Source: a bacterium (lineage in GTDB: Bacteria > UBA8248). From it: a stretch of DNA of 64,000 bases. The notes under the pieces were generated by a model. The model searched no databases and was not told where the DNA came from. It saw only the letters and a program-made list of their open reading frames with translations. Below are positions 59,371 through 64,000 of this stretch, one piece after another. Location of the stretch: the NCBI GenBank assembly GCA_963692865.2, contig OY843592.1:2848001-2912000 (forward strand). The letters run 5' to 3'. Each line of letters begins with the position of its first letter. Position 1 is the stretch's first letter. The translations under genes and the position numbers were made by a program.

Positions 59371-60531
59371 CTATCGGTTCAGGGCCGCCACCACCTTCTC
59401 GGCGGAATCGGCCATGCCATTGCCCACTGTGAAATCAAGACCCGAGCCTTCGAGTATCTCGCGGCCCTTCTCCACGTTCGTCCCCTCCATGCGGATGATG
59501 ATGGGCACGTTCACGTTCACGGTTTTGACCGCTTCCACGACGCCCTCCGCCAGAATGTCGCAACGCAGGATGCCGCCGAAGATGTTGATGAAGACGGCCT
59601 TCACGTCCGGATCGTCCATGAGGATGCGGAAGGCGTTCTCCACCATCTCCTTGCTCGCGCCGCCGCCGACGTCCAGGAAGTTCGCGGGCGCGGCGCCCGC
59701 GAGCTTGATGATGTCCATCGTCGCCATGGCGAGGCCCGCGCCGTTCACCATGCAGGCGACCGATCCGTCGAGCTTGATGTAGTTGAGGTTGAACTTCGAA
59801 GCCTCGACCTCGAGCGGATCCTCTTCGTCCTCATCGCGCATCACAGCCACCTCCTCGTGGCGGTAGAGCGCGTTGTCGTCGAAGTTCACCTTGGCGTCGA
59901 GCGCCAGGATGCGGCCGTCCTTCGTCTGCACCAGCGGGTTGATCTCGACCAGCGAGGCGTCCATCTCGTCGTAGAATCTATAGAGATTCGTGACGAATTT
60001 CACGCCCTCGCGAACGAGGTCGGCGGGCAAATCCAGCCCGAAAGCCACGCGCCGCGCGGTGGACGGCCATACGGAGAGCGCCGGGTCGACCGGAATCTTC
60101 AGGAGCTTTTCGGGCGTGTTCGCGGCCACCTCCTCGATGTCCATGCCGCCCTCGGTGCTCGCCATGATGGTGGGTCGGCCCGTGGCGCGGTCGAGCACGA
60201 CGCCGAGATAGAGTTCGCGCTCGATGTCGCTCGCCTCCTCCACCCATACCTTCTTGACGAGGCGGCCCTCCGGCCCCGTCTGGTGCGTCACGAGCGTCAT
60301 GCCGAGAATCTGCGAGGCCGCCTCTCTCGCCTCCGCAGGCGATCCGGCCAGCTTGACGCCGCCTCCCTTGCCGCGTCCGCCCGCGTGGATTTGCGCCTTG
60401 ACGACCACCGTCCCGCCCAGGTCCTGGGCGATGCGTTCGGCCTCGTCCGCCGTCTCGGCGACGTCGCCCCTCGGGACGGCCACGCCGTATTTCGCGAGCA
60501 ATTCCTTGCCCTGATACTCGTGGATGTTCAT
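59371..60531 (-). CDS. sucC: succinyl-CoA synthetase beta
   Basis: [30 protein letters not shown]. Confidence 0.97.
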   Translation of the reverse strand: MNIHEYQGKELLAKYGVAVPRGDVAETADEAERIAQDLGGTVVVKAQIHAGGRGKGGGVKLAGSPAEAREAASQILGMTLVTHQTGPEGRLVKKVWVEEASDIERELYLGVVLDRATGRPTIMASTEGGMDIEEVAANTPEKLLKIPVDPALSVWPSTARRVAFGLDLPADLVREGVKFVTNLYRFYDEMDASLVEINPLVQTKDGRILALDAKVNFDDNALYRHEEVAVMRDEDEEDPLEVEASKFNLNYIKLDGSVACMVNGAGLAMATMDIIKLAGAAPANFLDVGGGASKEMVENAFRILMDDPDVKAVFINIFGGILRCDILAEGVVEAVKTVNVNVPIIIRMEGTNVEKGREILEGSGLDFTVGNGMADSAEKVVAALNR

Positions 60532-60634
60532 CCAGCTCCTCCAGAATCATTACGATGAATACGCTTCAACGCTGCACTTTCAAGCACAATGGAGAATCAC
60601 AATACTTCGGTTGACAAACCCTTTTTGCCGCCTT

Positions 60635-61010
60635 GCAGGGACAGGTCGCGACCTGTCCCTACAGTCTTTACTCCTCCCTTGCAGAGCGCCGACCAACCAC
60701 TCCCCCCTGAGGGGGGTGTTGAAAAAGCCTGCAATGCCGGTATGACGGCGACGGGACACCGCCTTGCCGAAGGGTGTGTGGGGGTCGCATATCATGCGAC
60801 CCGGATTTTCATGCCTCCCGCGACCGGGCCGCATGATATGCGGCCCCTACAAAAGGCAACCCCGTATGCGTTCCCCTGCGGAACCCCCGGCCTGTCCAGT
60901 CATCGCGTATGACGTAGGGGCGTCGAACTTCCCGAAGAGGGAAGTTCGACCGTGCCCGCCCGTCCCTCGTGTTCGCCCCGACGCGGACAGGCACATGGGC
61001 CTGTCCCTAC
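60635..61010. repeat. composite repeat block E
   Basis: GTAG/GCAG REPs at 60635, 60778/60826 (inverted pair), 60914/60985; IS-like end at 60713 inside a C6-TGA-G palindrome. Confidence 0.85.
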
Positions 61011-61052
61011 TGGATATTCAACTCTACTGCAACCGCTCCTCCTGCCCGGCCC

Positions 61053-61598
61053 TTACCTCGCAAACGCCTTGTAGCCTTCGGCGAAAATATCTTTCCCGCG
61101 GCTGTCCACGGCGACCACGACCGGAAATCTTTCGACCACCAGCCTGCGAATCGCCTCGGTCCCCAAATCCTCATAAGCGATGAGTTCGACCTCCTTGATC
61201 CGCTTCGCCAGCAAGGCGGCCGTTCCACCGATGGCGGCGAAGTAGACGGCGCGGTGCCGGGCGATGGCCTCCACCACCGCCGGGCTCCTGCCCCCCTTGC
61301 CTATCATTCCGGTGAGGCCGAGTTCCAGCATCCGGGGCGTATAGGCGTCCATGCGGCCGCTCGTCGTGGGTCCGGCCGAGCCGATGACGGCGCCCGGCTT
61401 GGGCGGCGTCGGCCCCACGTAGTAGAGCGCCTGGCCCGCCACGTCGATGGGCAGCGGCTCACCGCGCTCCGCATCCTCGAGCATCCGCTTGTGCGCCGCG
61501 TCGCGCGCCGTGTAGAGGACGCCGCTCAACTCGCACATATCCCCCATCGATAGGGATTCGACCACCTCGGGGCCGAGCGGAAGGTCTAGCGAGCGCAC
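61053..61598 (-). CDS. class I fumarate hydratase (Fe-S hydro-lyase) beta subunit
   Basis: TARDAAHKR, GPTTSGRM, IGKG, DLGTEAI. Confidence 0.92.
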   Translation of the reverse strand: MRSLDLPLGPEVVESLSMGDMCELSGVLYTARDAAHKRMLEDAERGEPLPIDVAGQALYYVGPTPPKPGAVIGSAGPTTSGRMDAYTPRMLELGLTGMIGKGGRSPAVVEAIARHRAVYFAAIGGTAALLAKRIKEVELIAYEDLGTEAIRRLVVERFPVVVAVDSRGKDIFAEGYKAFAR

Positions 61599-61599
61599 G

Positions 61600-62442
61600 C
61601 TAAAGAACCACTTCGGCGTGGCGATGCGCGTGGCATTCCACGTTCACGCAGATCGGCAGCGCCCCGATGTGGCAGGCGTAGGTTTCGACGTGCACGGCGA
61701 TGCAGGTGGTGTCCCCGCCCATGCCCATCGGCCCCACGCCGGTACTGTTCACCGCCTCCAGAATATCGCTTTCGAGTCCGGCCACGAGCGGATCCGGGTT
61801 GGGCGCGCCCAGTTCACGGAAAAGCGCCCATTTCGCCTGAAGCGCCGCCTTCTCTATCGAACCGCCGAGGCCGATACCCAATAAAACGGGGGGACACGGG
61901 TTTCCCCCCGAGTTGAGTACGTGGTCGACAACCGTCTGAATCACTCCCTCGCGGCCATCCGAGGGCTTGAGCATGCGCGCCATGCTCATGTTCTCCGCCC
62001 CCGTCCCTTTCGCGGCAAAATACAGTTTGAGCTTCTCGCCCTCGACGACGCGGTAGTGGATGACGGCGGGCGTATTGTCCTTCGTGTTCACGCGGCGGAG
62101 CGGGTCGTTCACCACCGAGCCGCGCAGATAGCCGTCCCGATAGCCCTGGCGCACCCCCTCGTTGATGGCGTCCTCCAGAAGCCCGCCCTCTACGCGGACC
62201 TCCTGACCCACCTCGGCGAAGACGATGGAAACGCCCGTATCCTGGCAATAAGGAACGCGCTCCGCGGACGCGAGGGCGGCGTTTTCGGTGATCTGGTCCA
62301 GCACCATGAGACCCAGGGACGAGGTTTCACCGGCCTTCGCCTCTTCCACCTTGCGCACGTAATCGGGATCGACGTGGTAGTTCGACTCGATGGCCATCTC
62401 GCGAATCCTGGCCGTCACCTCGCTTGCGTCTATCGTTCGCAT
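61600..62442 (-). CDS. class I fumarate hydratase (Fe-S hydro-lyase) alpha subunit
   Basis: CQDTG, KG.GAEN, NPCPP, CHA.R. Confidence 0.92.
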   Translation of the reverse strand: MRTIDASEVTARIREMAIESNYHVDPDYVRKVEEAKAGETSSLGLMVLDQITENAALASAERVPYCQDTGVSIVFAEVGQEVRVEGGLLEDAINEGVRQGYRDGYLRGSVVNDPLRRVNTKDNTPAVIHYRVVEGEKLKLYFAAKGTGAENMSMARMLKPSDGREGVIQTVVDHVLNSGGNPCPPVLLGIGLGGSIEKAALQAKWALFRELGAPNPDPLVAGLESDILEAVNSTGVGPMGMGGDTTCIAVHVETYACHIGALPICVNVECHAHRHAEVVL

Positions 62443-62482
62443 GGCCCGCCCGTCCGTCGCGCGTCGTCTACAAGCGGCGCGC

Positions 62483-64000
<1,518 letters not shown>

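Noticed and set aside
45921-61010. CRISPR array interpretation of the palindromic repeats
   Set aside because: No regularly spaced direct repeats with unique spacers; units are inverted pairs; no cas genes

Overview
Core-genome window of a GC-rich, diderm (LptD/BamD) bacterium. The gene order is deltaproteobacteria/Nitrospinota-like (inference from synteny only). 1-28.9 kb is a + strand block: split F0 operon atpZIBE, rex, tsaB, a nested double AHAS cluster (ilvB-ilvB-ilvN-ilvN, no ilvC), psd-pssA, lptD, ugd/uxs/gmhA, purBCSQLF, MltD-LysM, bamD, a sigma factor, pgsA and plsY. 29-64 kb is mostly - strand: tRNA-Leu(CAA), ilvE, nadX, aroC/aroK/miaA, pheA-hisC-tyrA-cmk-rpsA-ihfB, trpEGDC with a classical attenuator (WPW leader), truA, uvrA, ndk, sucCD, a two-subunit fumarase, mdh and a partial icd. 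The most unusual content is intergenic and confined to 45.5-61 kb. Five composite repeat blocks nest three REP-like palindrome families, IS-like GGGGYTGTTGAAAAA termini that sit in palindrome centres (one with a CTCAA duplication) and a covarying 28-29 bp micro-hairpin. Also present: a 102-bp diverged duplication of an enolase-family gene 3' end bracketing a Fic/DUF4172 remnant, a candidate 70-nt promoter-to-U-tract sRNA, and a small FYVE-like 8-Cys protein. No transposase, integrase or CRISPR array was seen.
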